Assembly: GCA_963843575.1 (NCBI GenBank)
Contig: CAWJKZ010000016.1
Location: 32,001-96,000, forward strand
DNA from: an uncultured Acidobacteriota bacterium
GTDB lineage: Bacteria; Acidobacteriota; UBA6911
Direction: 5' to 3'
DNA: 64,000 bases
A program made the translations under genes and the position numbers. The number at the start of each line of letters is the position of its first letter. The first letter of the stretch is position 1. The notes beneath the pieces were generated by a model. That model ran no database searches, had not been told where the DNA came from, and worked only from the letters and a program-made list of their open reading frames with translations. Below, piece after piece: positions 41,059 through 50,821 of this stretch.

Positions 41059-42376
41059 ATGGTGGGAGGCATTCCTTCGGTATCTGGCCGCTTTCGGCTC
41101 ACGGTGCGCGCGTTGCGGCACCGCAACTTCCGCCTGTTTTTCGGCGGCCAGCTCGTATCGCTGATCGGCACCTGGATGCAGACGGTGGCCCAGTCGTGGC
41201 TTGTCTACCGCCTGACCGGCTCGTCGTTGCTGCTGGGCACGGTCGGGTTCTGCAGCCAGCTCCCGGTGTTCCTGCTCGCCTCGTTCGGCGGGGCTGTGGC
41301 CGATCGCCACAACCGGCACCGCGTGGTGATCGCGACCCAAAGCGCGTCGATGCTCCTGGCGCTGGCGCTGTCGTTCCTGACCCTGTCCGGGCACGTGCAG
41401 GTCTGGCACGTCTTCGTGCTGGCCTCGTGCCTGGGGATGGTAAACGCGTTCGACATCCCGACGCGCCAGGCGTTTATCGTCGACATGGTCGGGAAGGAGG
41501 ACCTGATGAACGCCATCGCCCTGAACTCGTCGATGTTCAACAGCGCGCGCATCATCGGGCCCGTCGATCGCGGGCATCCTGGTGGCGGCCATCGGCGAGG
41601 GGTGGTGTTTTTTCGCCAACGGCGTGAGCTACGTCGCGGTGATCGCCGGGCTGGCGCTGATGAAGCTGCCGCCGCGCCAGGTGGAGGCGAGGACCGGATC
41701 CACCCTGAGCCGGATCGTCGAAGGGTTTGCCTTCGTGCGCCGCACCGCCCCCGTGCGCTCGCTGCTGCTCCTGCTCGGCCTGGTGAGCCTGGTCGGCATG
41801 CCCTACGTCGTCCTGATGCCGATCTTCGCCGACAGGATTCTGCACGGCGGCGCCCGCGGGCTCGGGGTGCTGATGTCGGCCACCGGGATCGGCGCGCTGG
41901 TCGGGGCGCTGGTGCTGGCCTCCCGGAGTTCGGGGATCCGCGGCCTGGGCCGATGGGCGGCGCTGGCCAGTTCCGGCTTCGGCCTGAGCCTCGTGCTGTT
42001 CTCCGCCTCGAGGTCCTTCTGGCTCTCCGCGGCCCTGCTGGTGCCGGTCGGCTTCTCCATGATGGTGCAGATGGGGAGCTCCAACACCCTGATCCAGTCG
42101 ATGGTCCCGGACCGGCTGCGCGGCCGGGTGATGGCGGTCTATTCGATGATGTTCATGGGGATGGCCCCGTTCGGCTCGCTCCTGGCCGGCCTGCTCTCCG
42201 ACAGGCTCGGCGCCCCGCTCACCATCATGACCGGCGCCATCGGCTGCCTGGCCGGCTCGGCGATCTTCACCCTGCGGCTCCCCATGCTCCGCAGTCAGGC
42301 CAGGGACCTGATCGTTGCGCAGAACATCCCGGCCGGAGACCCGACCGGGGAGATCACCTCCCGGCTGGTCCCTTAG
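41059..42376 (+). CDS. MFS transporter (MFS_3/DHA3-like); frameshift near 41562
   Basis: ALRHRNFRLFFGGQLVSLIGTWMQTVAQSWLVYRLT, AFDIPTRQAF, NAIALNSSMFNSARIIGP, then continues in ORF 41582-42376 (LRGRVMAVY). Confidence 0.88.
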
Positions 42377-42415
42377 CGCTCGCGCCAAAGTGAGAACTTA
42401 TTCCTGCGCGAACCC
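42377..42415 (+). mobile_element. MITE family A right end
   Basis: CGCTCGCGCCAAAGTGAGAACTTATTCCTGCGCGAACCC is close to 56894-56932; sits directly after the MFS TAG stop. Confidence 0.7.
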
Positions 42416-42520
42416 TTGGACCTGCCCAGGACGGACTCCGGAGGTTTCGTGGGCTCGAAGAACCTCGAGGAGTTCCCCGTTCCGTGTTAAGGTAACGCCT
42501 TTCCTTGCGGAGCCTGGCGC

Positions 42521-44647
42521 GTGCGGAAGGTGATCGTTGCGGCCCTGGTGTGTCTGTGTGCCCGGCCCGTGGCCCGCGCGCAGGACGCCGTCACGGCGCC
42601 GCTGACCGGTACGCCCCCGAGAATCGACGGGCGCCTCGACGACGCGGCGTGGCGCACCGCGGCCCGCATCGATCGCTTCACCCAGCGCGAGCCGCGGCCC
42701 GGCGAGCAGGCGTCGGAACGGACCGAGGTGCTGATCTGCTTCGACCGCGACAACCTCTATTTCGCCTTCCGCTGCTTCGAAGGCGACCCCTCCTCGATCA
42801 CGGCCAAGGAAATGGCCAGGGACGCGGACCTCGGGCAGGACGACAGGGTGCAGATCATCCTGGACACCTTCCTCGACGGCCGCAACGGCTACTGGTTCCA
42901 GATCGGCCCCCGCGGCTCCATCGGCGACGCGCTCCTCAGCGAAAACGGCGAAATCCTCAACAAGAACTGGGACGGCCTCTGGCAGGGAAAGGCGCGCATC
43001 CACGGCCAGGGCTGGGACGCCGAGGTGGCGATCCCGTTTAAGACCCTCGCCTTCAAGCCCGGCACGAGCCGCTGGGGGCTCAAGCTCATCCGCAACATCA
43101 AGCGCAGACTCGAGGCCTCGTACTGGCCCACCGCAAACCTCGATACCTTCCGCTTCCAGGTCTCGGACGCCGGGACCCTGGAAGGGCTCGAAGGGATCAC
43201 CCAGGGGATCGGCCTCGCGGTGAGCCCGTACGCCCTGGCCGGCGCTGACAAGAAGCCGGGACTCTCGGCGGAGGCGGTCGGCGACGCCGGGCTGGACGTC
43301 TACCAGCGGATCACGCCTGGACTCGAGAGCGCCCTGACCCTCAACACCGACTTCGCCCAGACGGAAGTCGACGCGCGGCAGGTCAACCTCACCCGCTTCC
43401 CGCTTTTCTTCCCGGAGAAGCGCGATTTCTTCCTCCAGGGCTCCAGCTACTTCAGCTTCGGTCCCTCCGGCAACCAGCTCATCCCGTTCTTCTCCCGCCG
43501 CGTCGGGCTCGACTCGTCGGGCGACCCGATCCCGCTCGTCTGGGGAGCGAAACTCACCGGCCAGATCGGGCGCTGGAACGTCGGGGTGCTCGACGCCATG
43601 GACGACCGCGCAGACGGCCACCGCAATTTCGCCGTGGCCCGCCTCCGGCGCAACGTCGGCCACCAGTCCTCCGTCGGATTCATCGTGACGGAGGGAAACT
43701 CTTTTTCCGCCGACGGCAACGTTGTCGCGGGGGCGGACTTCAAGCTCGCCAGCTCGAGGTTCCGCCGAAACAAGAACATCTCCGTCTCCGGCTTTGCGCT
43801 CAAATCGACCACCGACGGGGTGACGTCCGACGACTGGGCGTTCGGCGCCGAGGCCGCCTACCCGAACGATTTCCTGAACCTCAGGCTCGGCTTCGACCAG
43901 ATCGGCGGCAACTTCAATGCCGGCGTCGGCTTCGTACCGCGCACCGGCATCCGCCAGCTCTATTCCCAGGGCCTTGTTGGCCCGCGTCCGCGGCGCTTCG
44001 GCATCCTGCAGATCCTGTCCGGGGCAGACCTCGACTACATCACGGACCTCGACAACCGCCTGCTCACGCGCCGGATAAACGTCGTTCCCGCCCAGGTCCG
44101 GTTCAATTCCGGTGACGAGGTCGCCTTCAAGGTGACCCCTCAGTACGAGTTCCTCGACCGCGGCTTCGACATCCAGCCCGGCCACCGGGTCCCCCAGGGA
44201 AGCTACACCTTCCTGCGCCGCTCGATCGAGTTCCTCGGCGCACAGCGGCGCAACCTCTGGGCGACGGCGGCCTACCGCTGGGGGAGCTTTTACGACGGCA
44301 CCCGCCGGGACGTCGCCCTGGCGGTCGGCTACAAGGTGCGGGTGCCGCTGTTCGTCGGCGCCGAGTACGAGCGCGACCGCGTCTCCCTCCCGGGCGGCCG
44401 CTTCGCCGTCAACGTCTCGCGCCTCAACGCCAACGTCCTGTTCAGCCCCGACATCACCCTGTACAACTATCTCCAGTACGACAACATCTCGCAGACGCTG
44501 GGATGGCAGTCGCGCTTCCGCTGGATCCTGAAGCCGGGCAACGAAGTGCTTTTCGTGTGGAATTCGCGCTCGCTCCGCCCGCTCGAGCACCTCGAGATCA
44601 CCGAGGCCTCCGCCCGCATCAAGCTGCGCTACAACTACCGTTTCTGA
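42521..44647 (+). CDS. CBM9-like N-terminal domain + DUF5916 outer-membrane barrel protein
   Basis: Signal peptide, PRIDGRLDDAAW, EVAIPFKTL, LNTDFAQTEVD, NLTRFPLFFPEKRDFFL, FFSRRVG, terminal KLRYNYRF. Confidence 0.85.
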   Translation: MRKVIVAALVCLCARPVARAQDAVTAPLTGTPPRIDGRLDDAAWRTAARIDRFTQREPRPGEQASERTEVLICFDRDNLYFAFRCFEGDPSSITAKEMARDADLGQDDRVQIILDTFLDGRNGYWFQIGPRGSIGDALLSENGEILNKNWDGLWQGKARIHGQGWDAEVAIPFKTLAFKPGTSRWGLKLIRNIKRRLEASYWPTANLDTFRFQVSDAGTLEGLEGITQGIGLAVSPYALAGADKKPGLSAEAVGDAGLDVYQRITPGLESALTLNTDFAQTEVDARQVNLTRFPLFFPEKRDFFLQGSSYFSFGPSGNQLIPFFSRRVGLDSSGDPIPLVWGAKLTGQIGRWNVGVLDAMDDRADGHRNFAVARLRRNVGHQSSVGFIVTEGNSFSADGNVVAGADFKLASSRFRRNKNISVSGFALKSTTDGVTSDDWAFGAEAAYPNDFLNLRLGFDQIGGNFNAGVGFVPRTGIRQLYSQGLVGPRPRRFGILQILSGADLDYITDLDNRLLTRRINVVPAQVRFNSGDEVAFKVTPQYEFLDRGFDIQPGHRVPQGSYTFLRRSIEFLGAQRRNLWATAAYRWGSFYDGTRRDVALAVGYKVRVPLFVGAEYERDRVSLPGGRFAVNVSRLNANVLFSPDITLYNYLQYDNISQTLGWQSRFRWILKPGNEVLFVWNSRSLRPLEHLEITEASARIKLRYNYRF

Positions 44648-44682
44648 GAGCCGCCCCGAACCCCTGCCGGTATCGCCGCCGG

Positions 44683-45070
44683 ATGAAGGTGCCGGCGCCG
44701 CGGCCCGCGACCGGAGCGGCCCCGGAAGCCGGAACGACCGGTGCGCCCGATTTCGTCGTGAAAAAGCTCGAGCTGAAGAGCGGCCGCGTCTCGCTCGGGT
44801 CCACCGCCTCGCCCAAGCGGAGCAACTACGAGGACTTGAACCTCCGGGCCACCGACGCCTCGTTGCAGGCCCAGTTTCCCTTCGAACTTTCCGCCCGGGT
44901 GCCCGAGGGCGGGAGCCTTGCCGTCGAGGGCAAGTTCGGGCCTGTCGACCGCGGCGGCGCCGAACTCACTCCCCTGGACGGCCGGATGACGGTCAGCGGT
45001 CTCGACCTGGCGCAAACGGGCCTTGTGGACCCGGCCGCCGGCATGGCGAGGTTGGTCGATCTCAAGGAGA
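44683..45070 (+). pseudogene. Internal fragment resembling an AsmA-family protein
   Basis: DFVVKKLELKSGRVSLG...YEDLNLRATD...FPFELSA...GGSLAVEGKFGP...TPLDGRMTVSGLDLAQTG; no signal anchor and no proper C-terminus. Confidence 0.45.
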
Positions 45071-45151
45071 CTACATGCCGTCGGCCGGACTCCGCAGCCC
45101 GCGGCGCGATCGTGTACAATTGTTTAGCGGTCTTTCGCCCGGGAGGAGTCG

Positions 45152-45820
45152 ATGCGAGCGGTGTTCCTTTTCGTTGCATTGATTCTCTACTATCCCTCTG
45201 CGGCGGCACAGCAGCCTGCGCCCTCGACCCCGGAGGAGATGCACCGCCTGCACCAGGATTCCGGGGCGTATATCGCGCTCCTGGAGGATCCGTCGCGCGA
45301 CGCCTACCAGAAACCCCACGAAGTGATCGCGGCGCTGCATATCAGGGAAGGGGAGGCCATCGCCGACATCGGGGCCGGCTCCGGCTACTTCACGCTTCGA
45401 CTGGCCCGCCATGTCGGCGAAAAGGGGCGGGTCTACGCCGTCGACGTCAGCCCCGACATGATCCTGCACCTGAACCGGCGCATCCGCGACCTCGGGGTGC
45501 GGAACGTGGAGACGGTTCTCGCCGCCCCGGACGACCCGCTGCTGGCGGACGCGTCGCTGGACCGCGTCTTCATCTGCGACACCTGGCACCACATCCCCGA
45601 TCAGGCCCGCTACCTCTCCCTGCTGAAGAGGCTGCTCAAACGGGGCGGCCAGATCGTCATGATCGACTACCAGAAGAGGGAATTGCCCGTGGGCCCGCCC
45701 GTCTCGATGAAGGTCGCCCGCGAGGACCTGTTGCGGCAGCTGAAGGACGGCGGCTTTCGGCTGGCGCAGGAACACGATTTTCTCCCCTACCAGTATTTTC
45801 TGGTGTTCGAGGCACAATGA
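45152..45820 (+). CDS. Class I SAM-dependent methyltransferase with signal peptide
   Basis: MRAVFLFVALILYYPSAAA-Q; IADIGAGSGYFT, VYAVDV, LKRGGQIVMID, FLPYQYFLVF. Confidence 0.88.
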   Translation: MRAVFLFVALILYYPSAAAQQPAPSTPEEMHRLHQDSGAYIALLEDPSRDAYQKPHEVIAALHIREGEAIADIGAGSGYFTLRLARHVGEKGRVYAVDVSPDMILHLNRRIRDLGVRNVETVLAAPDDPLLADASLDRVFICDTWHHIPDQARYLSLLKRLLKRGGQIVMIDYQKRELPVGPPVSMKVAREDLLRQLKDGGFRLAQEHDFLPYQYFLVFEAQ

Positions 45821-45921
45821 GGAGCCGCGCCGCGGCCGCGCCGCACGTTGCCACTGAAGAAGGCGGGGTCGAGCCGACCCCGCCCACTTGAGGCGATACA
45901 CTCAATTGGGGGGAGGCGGAC

Positions 45922-46839
45922 ATGACCACTCGACCGGTGAAACGGCTTTCCAAGGCGAAGCCGACCATCGAAGGCGCCGGGGTGCACCTGCACCGCGCGT
46001 TCGGTTTCGGCAACACCGCGGATTTCGATCCTTTCCTGCTACTGGACGATTTCCGCAACGACGTCCCGCAGGATTACCTGGCGGGCTTCCCGTGGCACCC
46101 GCACCGCGGGATCGAGACGATTACCTACGTGCTCGCCGGGACCGTGGAGCACGGCGACAGCATGGGCAACCGCGGCGTCATCGGCGCGGGCGACGTGCAG
46201 TGGATGACGGCCGGCAGCGGCATCATCCACCAGGAGATGCCGCGGGGGGACGCCGCGGGACGGATGCATGGGTTCCAGCTGTGGGCGAACCTGCCGTCGT
46301 CGCTCAAAATGACGGCGCCGCGTTACCAGGAGGTAAAGGCGGCCGACATCCCGGCCGTCCAGGACCCCGACGGCACGCTGGTCCGCGTCGTCTGCGGGCA
46401 GTTCCAGGGAATCGCCGGCCCGGTCGTGGGCATCGCAGCCGGCCCGGCCTATCTCGACGTGTCGGTGCCGCCGGGCCTGTCGAAGAGCTTTCCCGTAGAT
46501 GCCGCGCGCCACGCCTTCGCCTACGTTTTCGCCGGAGAGGGAAGGTTCTGCAACGTGTCCGGCCCCCTCTCGGTGCCCGCCGAAGGGGTCGGCTGGGCCG
46601 ACACCTCCCCTCCCGGACACGCCGGGAACCGCACCCTCGTCCTCTTTGACGGCGGCGACGAAATAACGGTGCAGGCGGGGAACGACGGCGTGCGCTTCCT
46701 GCTCGTGTCGGGAAAGCCGCTGGGGGAGCCGGTCGCCTGGTACGGCCCGATCGTCATGAACACGCAGCAGGAGCTCCGGCAGGCGTTCGACGAACTCGAG
46801 AAGGGGACGTTCCTCAAGACGGGCGCCCACCCGGTTTGA
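45922..46839 (+). CDS. Pirin family protein
   Basis: EGAGV, DPFLLLD, GFPWHPHRGIETITY, WMTAGSGIIHQE, FQLWANLP, EPVAWYGPIVMNT. Confidence 0.93.
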   Translation: MTTRPVKRLSKAKPTIEGAGVHLHRAFGFGNTADFDPFLLLDDFRNDVPQDYLAGFPWHPHRGIETITYVLAGTVEHGDSMGNRGVIGAGDVQWMTAGSGIIHQEMPRGDAAGRMHGFQLWANLPSSLKMTAPRYQEVKAADIPAVQDPDGTLVRVVCGQFQGIAGPVVGIAAGPAYLDVSVPPGLSKSFPVDAARHAFAYVFAGEGRFCNVSGPLSVPAEGVGWADTSPPGHAGNRTLVLFDGGDEITVQAGNDGVRFLLVSGKPLGEPVAWYGPIVMNTQQELRQAFDELEKGTFLKTGAHPV

Positions 46840-46869
46840 TGGCTGCGTCGGCGTCCCTGTGGCGACCGC

Positions 46870-47053
46870 AAAACAAGTGGGTCCGGGCTTCAGAGGCTGT
46901 CCAACAGTTGATTGTGGAGAGCGGCGCCTCGGCGCCACGCCGAATTGCGAGATGCGACCCTGCGACCTCGGCCTTTGGTGGCGCCGAGCCGCCGCACTCC
47001 ATTATTCCATCTGCCCTACACAGCGACCGCTAACGGCGTCCGGGCTGAAGCCC
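46870..47053. repeat. Nested repeat cluster: half REP-1, IS-like end, REP-2 doublet, half REP-1
   Basis: AAAACAAGTGGGTCCGGGCTTCA|GAGGCTGTCCAACAGTTGA at 46870-46911; REP-2 doublet 46915-47001 with the same spacer as 39620-39660; GTCCGGGCTGAAGCCC at 47038-47053. Confidence 0.8.
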
Positions 47054-47079
47054 TGCTCCGCTTGACGTGAAGGTTCGGG

Positions 47080-48408
47080 TCACCTGGGCAGCTTGAAGAC
47101 GCGCACGGCGTTGTCGCGCAGGAGCGCGCGGGCGTAGCCGACCGCCTCCCCTTCACTCCAGTAGCCGGCGAGGACCTTGTCGGCCAGCACCTTCGAGACC
47201 ACCTCCCGGCAGAGCATTGCGTGGGCGTAGGATCCCTCCGGGATGGAGTAGTCCCCCCCGAAGCCGAGGACCTTGTCCGCGGGCAGCGTCTCGATCGCCT
47301 CGTCCAGCAGGCGGCCCGCCCAGGCGGGCGAGATGACGTAGGTCCAGCACATGTCGATGGTCACGTTGGGCAGGTTCTTGGCCATGGCCAGGATGTGGCC
47401 GCCATACGGATACCCGCCGTGCATCAGCACGAACCGCGTCCCGGGGTGGCGGATGACGAGCGGCGCGAGAAGGGAAGGATCGGCCTGCCTGACGTCCCGC
47501 CCCGTGTCGTAAAACAGTCCCGTGTGAATCTGCAGCGGCATGTCGTAGCGCCCGCAATTGACGGCGATCCTGTCGAACATGTAGTCCTGCAGCGGCTTGT
47601 TCTGCGTCCAGTCGGGGCGGGCGGGCTGGCCCTTCCTCGGCTTGAGCTGGTTGAAGAGCGTCTCGGCCTCCGCGCGGTCCACCGGGCGGAAATCCAGGCT
47701 CCTCCTGTAGGCGACGGGGGATTTTACCGCCACGTAGCGGCCCTTGGCCTGCTGAAAGGCCTTGTCCAGCGCCTGCTCCCAGTCGGCGAGGGACTCGACC
47801 GTCACGCCAAGCTGCTTCTCGACCAGGCCGCAGGACTCGGGGAACACCAGGAACTGGTCGAGCTGGATCACGGCGCGGAAGAGCGCGGGATCGAGTTCGA
47901 GCCCCGCGGGCCCCACGTCGCAGATCGCCATGTCGATCCCGGCCTTGCCGCGCAGGATCCTCTCGTAAATGCCCGGTTTGCCGGCGTCGGCGATCTTGCG
48001 GGAAAGCTCGGCGCAGGTCGCCTCCGTGAGGTCCGTCACCCCGTAGAGGTCGCGCAGCGCCCGGAGGAGGGCGCGACCGTAGGCCGTCGTGCGCACGTTC
48101 GCCCAGTAAGGGGCCATCAGCGCCCACTTCCGTGCCAGCGGGACGGCCGGGTCGGCAAACTCCCGGTCCGACGAGGTCCTGTCCAGACCGTCCGCCCACA
48201 TGTCCGACGAGACGTAATGGAGCAGCCCGAAGACCGAGGGCGGCGACTTCAGACGCGCCGCTTCGGGAGAGAGGTGCTCGTGCGTGTCGACCATGCGGAT
48301 CGACCCGACGGTGTCCCGTATGCGTTCGCGCAAGGCGGCGTCCTGCGCGACGCCGGCCCCCGCGGCCGAGGCAAGGACCGCAAGAAGAGCGACTATGCTG
48401 ATCATCAT
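47080..48408 (-). CDS. Secreted amidohydrolase superfamily protein (Amidohydro_2 / uronate isomerase-like)
   Basis: ATG 48408 after GGAG; signal peptide; DTHEH, AVKS, QIHTG, FVLMHGGYP, IDMCW, KVLGFGGDY. Confidence 0.8.
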   Translation of the reverse strand: MMISIVALLAVLASAAGAGVAQDAALRERIRDTVGSIRMVDTHEHLSPEAARLKSPPSVFGLLHYVSSDMWADGLDRTSSDREFADPAVPLARKWALMAPYWANVRTTAYGRALLRALRDLYGVTDLTEATCAELSRKIADAGKPGIYERILRGKAGIDMAICDVGPAGLELDPALFRAVIQLDQFLVFPESCGLVEKQLGVTVESLADWEQALDKAFQQAKGRYVAVKSPVAYRRSLDFRPVDRAEAETLFNQLKPRKGQPARPDWTQNKPLQDYMFDRIAVNCGRYDMPLQIHTGLFYDTGRDVRQADPSLLAPLVIRHPGTRFVLMHGGYPYGGHILAMAKNLPNVTIDMCWTYVISPAWAGRLLDEAIETLPADKVLGFGGDYSIPEGSYAHAMLCREVVSKVLADKVLAGYWSEGEAVGYARALLRDNAVRVFKLPR

Positions 48409-48492
48409 GGCGGACTCCGGGGAATGTCGAGCCATCATAGCGCAACAAGGACGGGAGCCGGAAGCACTGCACTTCCGGCTCCCGTCTTCAAC

Positions 48493-49887
48493 CTATCGGA
48501 CACCCGGCTCGGTCATGGCGCGCAGGTCGAGGATCTGGTCGAGCTTCTCCGGGCTTGACAGCCCCCTGGCCAGCACGATCTCGCGGATGGACTTGCCCGA
48601 GGCGAGATACTCCTTGGCAACCTCGGCGGCGCGGGCGTAGCCAATGTGCGGGTTCAGCACGGTCACGACGCTCATGCTCCCCTCGGCATAGGCCCTGCAG
48701 CGTCCCTCGTCGGCCGTGATCCCGGAGACGCACAGGCGCACGAAGGCGTTGACCGCAGCGGCCACGATTTCCAGCTCGTGGAGCAGGTTCCAGGCGACCA
48801 CGGGCATCATGACGTTCAGCTCGAGCTGGCCCGCCTGCGCGGCGAGCAGAACCGTCGTGTCGCAGCCGATCGCCTGGAAGCAGACCATGTCGAGCATCTC
48901 CGCCATCACGGGATTGACCTTGCCCGGCATGATGGACGATCCCGGCTGCACCGGCGGCAGGACGATTTCGGCGAGGCCTGTCTTCGGTCCCGAACTCAGC
49001 AGCCGCAGGTCGTTGGCGAGGCGGGCCAGGTCCTGGGCGAGGTTGCGGACGGCGCCGGAGAGCTCGACAAAGGGGCGCAGGCTCTGCATGGCCTCGAAGT
49101 AGTCCCCCGCCGCGCGGAAGGCGGTGCCGAGCGCCCGGCTCAGCTCCCGCACCATCAGGGCCCGGTAGGACGGGTGCGCGTTAAGCCCCGTCCCCGCGGC
49201 TGTCCCGCCGATCCCGAGCTCGCGGCAGGCGTCGGCGGCGCGCTCGAGCGAGTCGCGGTGCTTCCCGGCGTTGTGGCCGTAGGCGCCGAATTCCTGGCCG
49301 AGCCGCACCGGGACGGCGTCCTGCAGGTGGGTGCGCCCGGACTTGACGACGGCGTCGAACGCCGCCGCCTTCGCGCCGAGCGCGTCCCGGAGCCCGCCGA
49401 GCGCGGCGGCCAGCTGCTGCGCGAGCGCCACCGCGGCGATCCGGATGGCCGTCGGGCAGACGTCGTTGGTCGACTGTGCCATGTTGACGTCGTCGTTAGG
49501 GTGGACCCGGCCGTACTCGCCCCTGGCGCCCCCCAGCAGCTCGATGGCGCGGTTGGCGATCACCTCGTTGGCGTTCATGTTGTGCGACGTCCCGGCCCCC
49601 GCCTGGTAGACGTCGACGACAAACCACTCGCGCAGCGCTCCGGCGAGGATCTCGTCGCACGCCCGCACGATGGCGTCCGCCTTGGCCCGGTCGAGCAGCC
49701 CCAGGCCGGAGTTGACGACGGCGGCTGCGCGCTTGACGTGCACCGTTGCCTCGACATAACCGGGCTTGGCCCGCAACCCGCTGATCGGGAAGTTCTCGAT
49801 CGCCCTCAGGGTCTGAATGCCGTAATATGCCCCCGCCGGCACCTGCCGCTCGCCGAGCGAGTCCCGCTCCGTCCTCGTCTCACCCAT
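48493..49887 (-). CDS. aspA: Aspartate ammonia-lyase
   Basis: RTERDSLG, YYGIQTLRAIENF, QAGAGTSHNMNANEVIANRA, HPNDDVNMAQSTND, KSGRTHLQDA, GSSIMPGKVNP, GQLELNVM. Confidence 0.88.
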   Translation of the reverse strand: MGETRTERDSLGERQVPAGAYYGIQTLRAIENFPISGLRAKPGYVEATVHVKRAAAVVNSGLGLLDRAKADAIVRACDEILAGALREWFVVDVYQAGAGTSHNMNANEVIANRAIELLGGARGEYGRVHPNDDVNMAQSTNDVCPTAIRIAAVALAQQLAAALGGLRDALGAKAAAFDAVVKSGRTHLQDAVPVRLGQEFGAYGHNAGKHRDSLERAADACRELGIGGTAAGTGLNAHPSYRALMVRELSRALGTAFRAAGDYFEAMQSLRPFVELSGAVRNLAQDLARLANDLRLLSSGPKTGLAEIVLPPVQPGSSIMPGKVNPVMAEMLDMVCFQAIGCDTTVLLAAQAGQLELNVMMPVVAWNLLHELEIVAAAVNAFVRLCVSGITADEGRCRAYAEGSMSVVTVLNPHIGYARAAEVAKEYLASGKSIREIVLARGLSSPEKLDQILDLRAMTEPGVR

Positions 49888-50025
49888 GCCGCACCTCCTG
49901 AGGGAAGTATATCCGCCCGGCCGCTTCGCCGCGCGTTCATCCGGCGGGGCCGGGTCCTTCCGCGTCGTTCAGCTTCTTGTGTTTTCGGGGCTGCCTTTCG
50001 ATCTTTCGGGGCGGAGCGGGGGCGA

Positions 50026-50054
50026 TTGACATTGCCCCCGCACTCGGTTACTTT
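50026..50054 (+). promoter_or_regulatory. Sigma70-type promoter upstream of the Nfu gene
   Basis: TTGACA (50026-31), 17 bp, TACTTT (50049-54); SD AAGGAG before TTG 50087. Confidence 0.55.
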
Positions 50055-50086
50055 CACCGTAGATGCCGTAAGATAAGGAGAAAGCT

Positions 50087-50683
50087 TTGGAAAAGGACAT
50101 CACGATCATCGGCGAGCCGACGGGCCAGCCCACAGTCTGCAAGTTCACGTTGGAACAACCGGTTTACCCCGGCGGGTCCGCGTATTTCGGCAAGCGCGAA
50201 GCAGCGAAGCTTTCTCCGCTGGCGCTGAAGATCTTCGAGATCCCCGAAGTGGAGAACATCCTCGTCGCGGAGAACGAGATCACGGTGACCAAATCGGGCT
50301 CCGATCCGTGGCCCGCCGTCGGCAAGCGGATCGGGGCGAAAATCCGCGAGCACATCCGCTCCGGCCAGCCCGCCGTCGCCGAGGAATTCGCCAGGAGCCT
50401 CCCTTCGGAGGGCGAAATCCGCAAGAAGGTCCTGCAGCTCCTCGAGCGCGAGATCAACCCGGCGGTGGGGATGCACGGCGGGTGGGTCGAGCTCATCGAC
50501 GTCAGGAAGAACTCCATCTATCTTCGCCTCGGCGGCGGTTGCCAGGGTTGCGGCGCCGCCAACGTGACCCTCAAGCAGGGCATCGAGAAGTCGATCCGCG
50601 ACATGATCCCGCAGGTCGGTGAGATCCTCGACACGACCGACCACGCCGCCGGCCGGAACCCGTACTACCAGCCGGGCCACTAA
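50087..50683 (+). CDS. NifU/Nfu family Fe-S carrier (Nfu_N + NifU C domain)
   Basis: SPLALKIFEIPEV..ITVTK; INPAVGMHGG; LGGGCQGC; TLKQGIE; DTTDHAAGRNPYY. Confidence 0.9.
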   Translation: MEKDITIIGEPTGQPTVCKFTLEQPVYPGGSAYFGKREAAKLSPLALKIFEIPEVENILVAENEITVTKSGSDPWPAVGKRIGAKIREHIRSGQPAVAEEFARSLPSEGEIRKKVLQLLEREINPAVGMHGGWVELIDVRKNSIYLRLGGGCQGCGAANVTLKQGIEKSIRDMIPQVGEILDTTDHAAGRNPYYQPGH

Positions 50684-50686
50684 CCT

Positions 50687-50744
50687 TTGAAGTGCGGCGG
50701 CGCCGAGGCGCCGCGCCCAAAGCGGCGTCGAGCCGCCGCACTCC
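50687..50744. repeat. REP family 2 copy (GGAGTGCGGC...GCCGCACTCC)
   Basis: TGAAGTGCGGCGGCGCCGAGGCGCCGC...AAAGCGGCGTCGAGCCGCCGCACTCCA; a further partial copy at 57491-57515. Confidence 0.7.
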
Positions 50745-50821
50745 AGATTGCAGAAATCAGGGCGGCTCCGGGCTCGCCCCGGTGTAGAATTCCCTCTCCA
50801 ACTCACGGGGTAGGGAAGCGC

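Noticed and set aside
32393-47053. Recurrent palindromic repeats as a CRISPR array
   Set aside because: The copies are dispersed, in inverted pairs with shared spacers, and no cas genes are present; this is REP/REPIN architecture.
48493-49887. Fumarase C assignment
   Set aside because: QAGAGTSHNMNANEV and GQLELNVM fit aspartase better than FumC (QTGSGTQ, GNFELNV).
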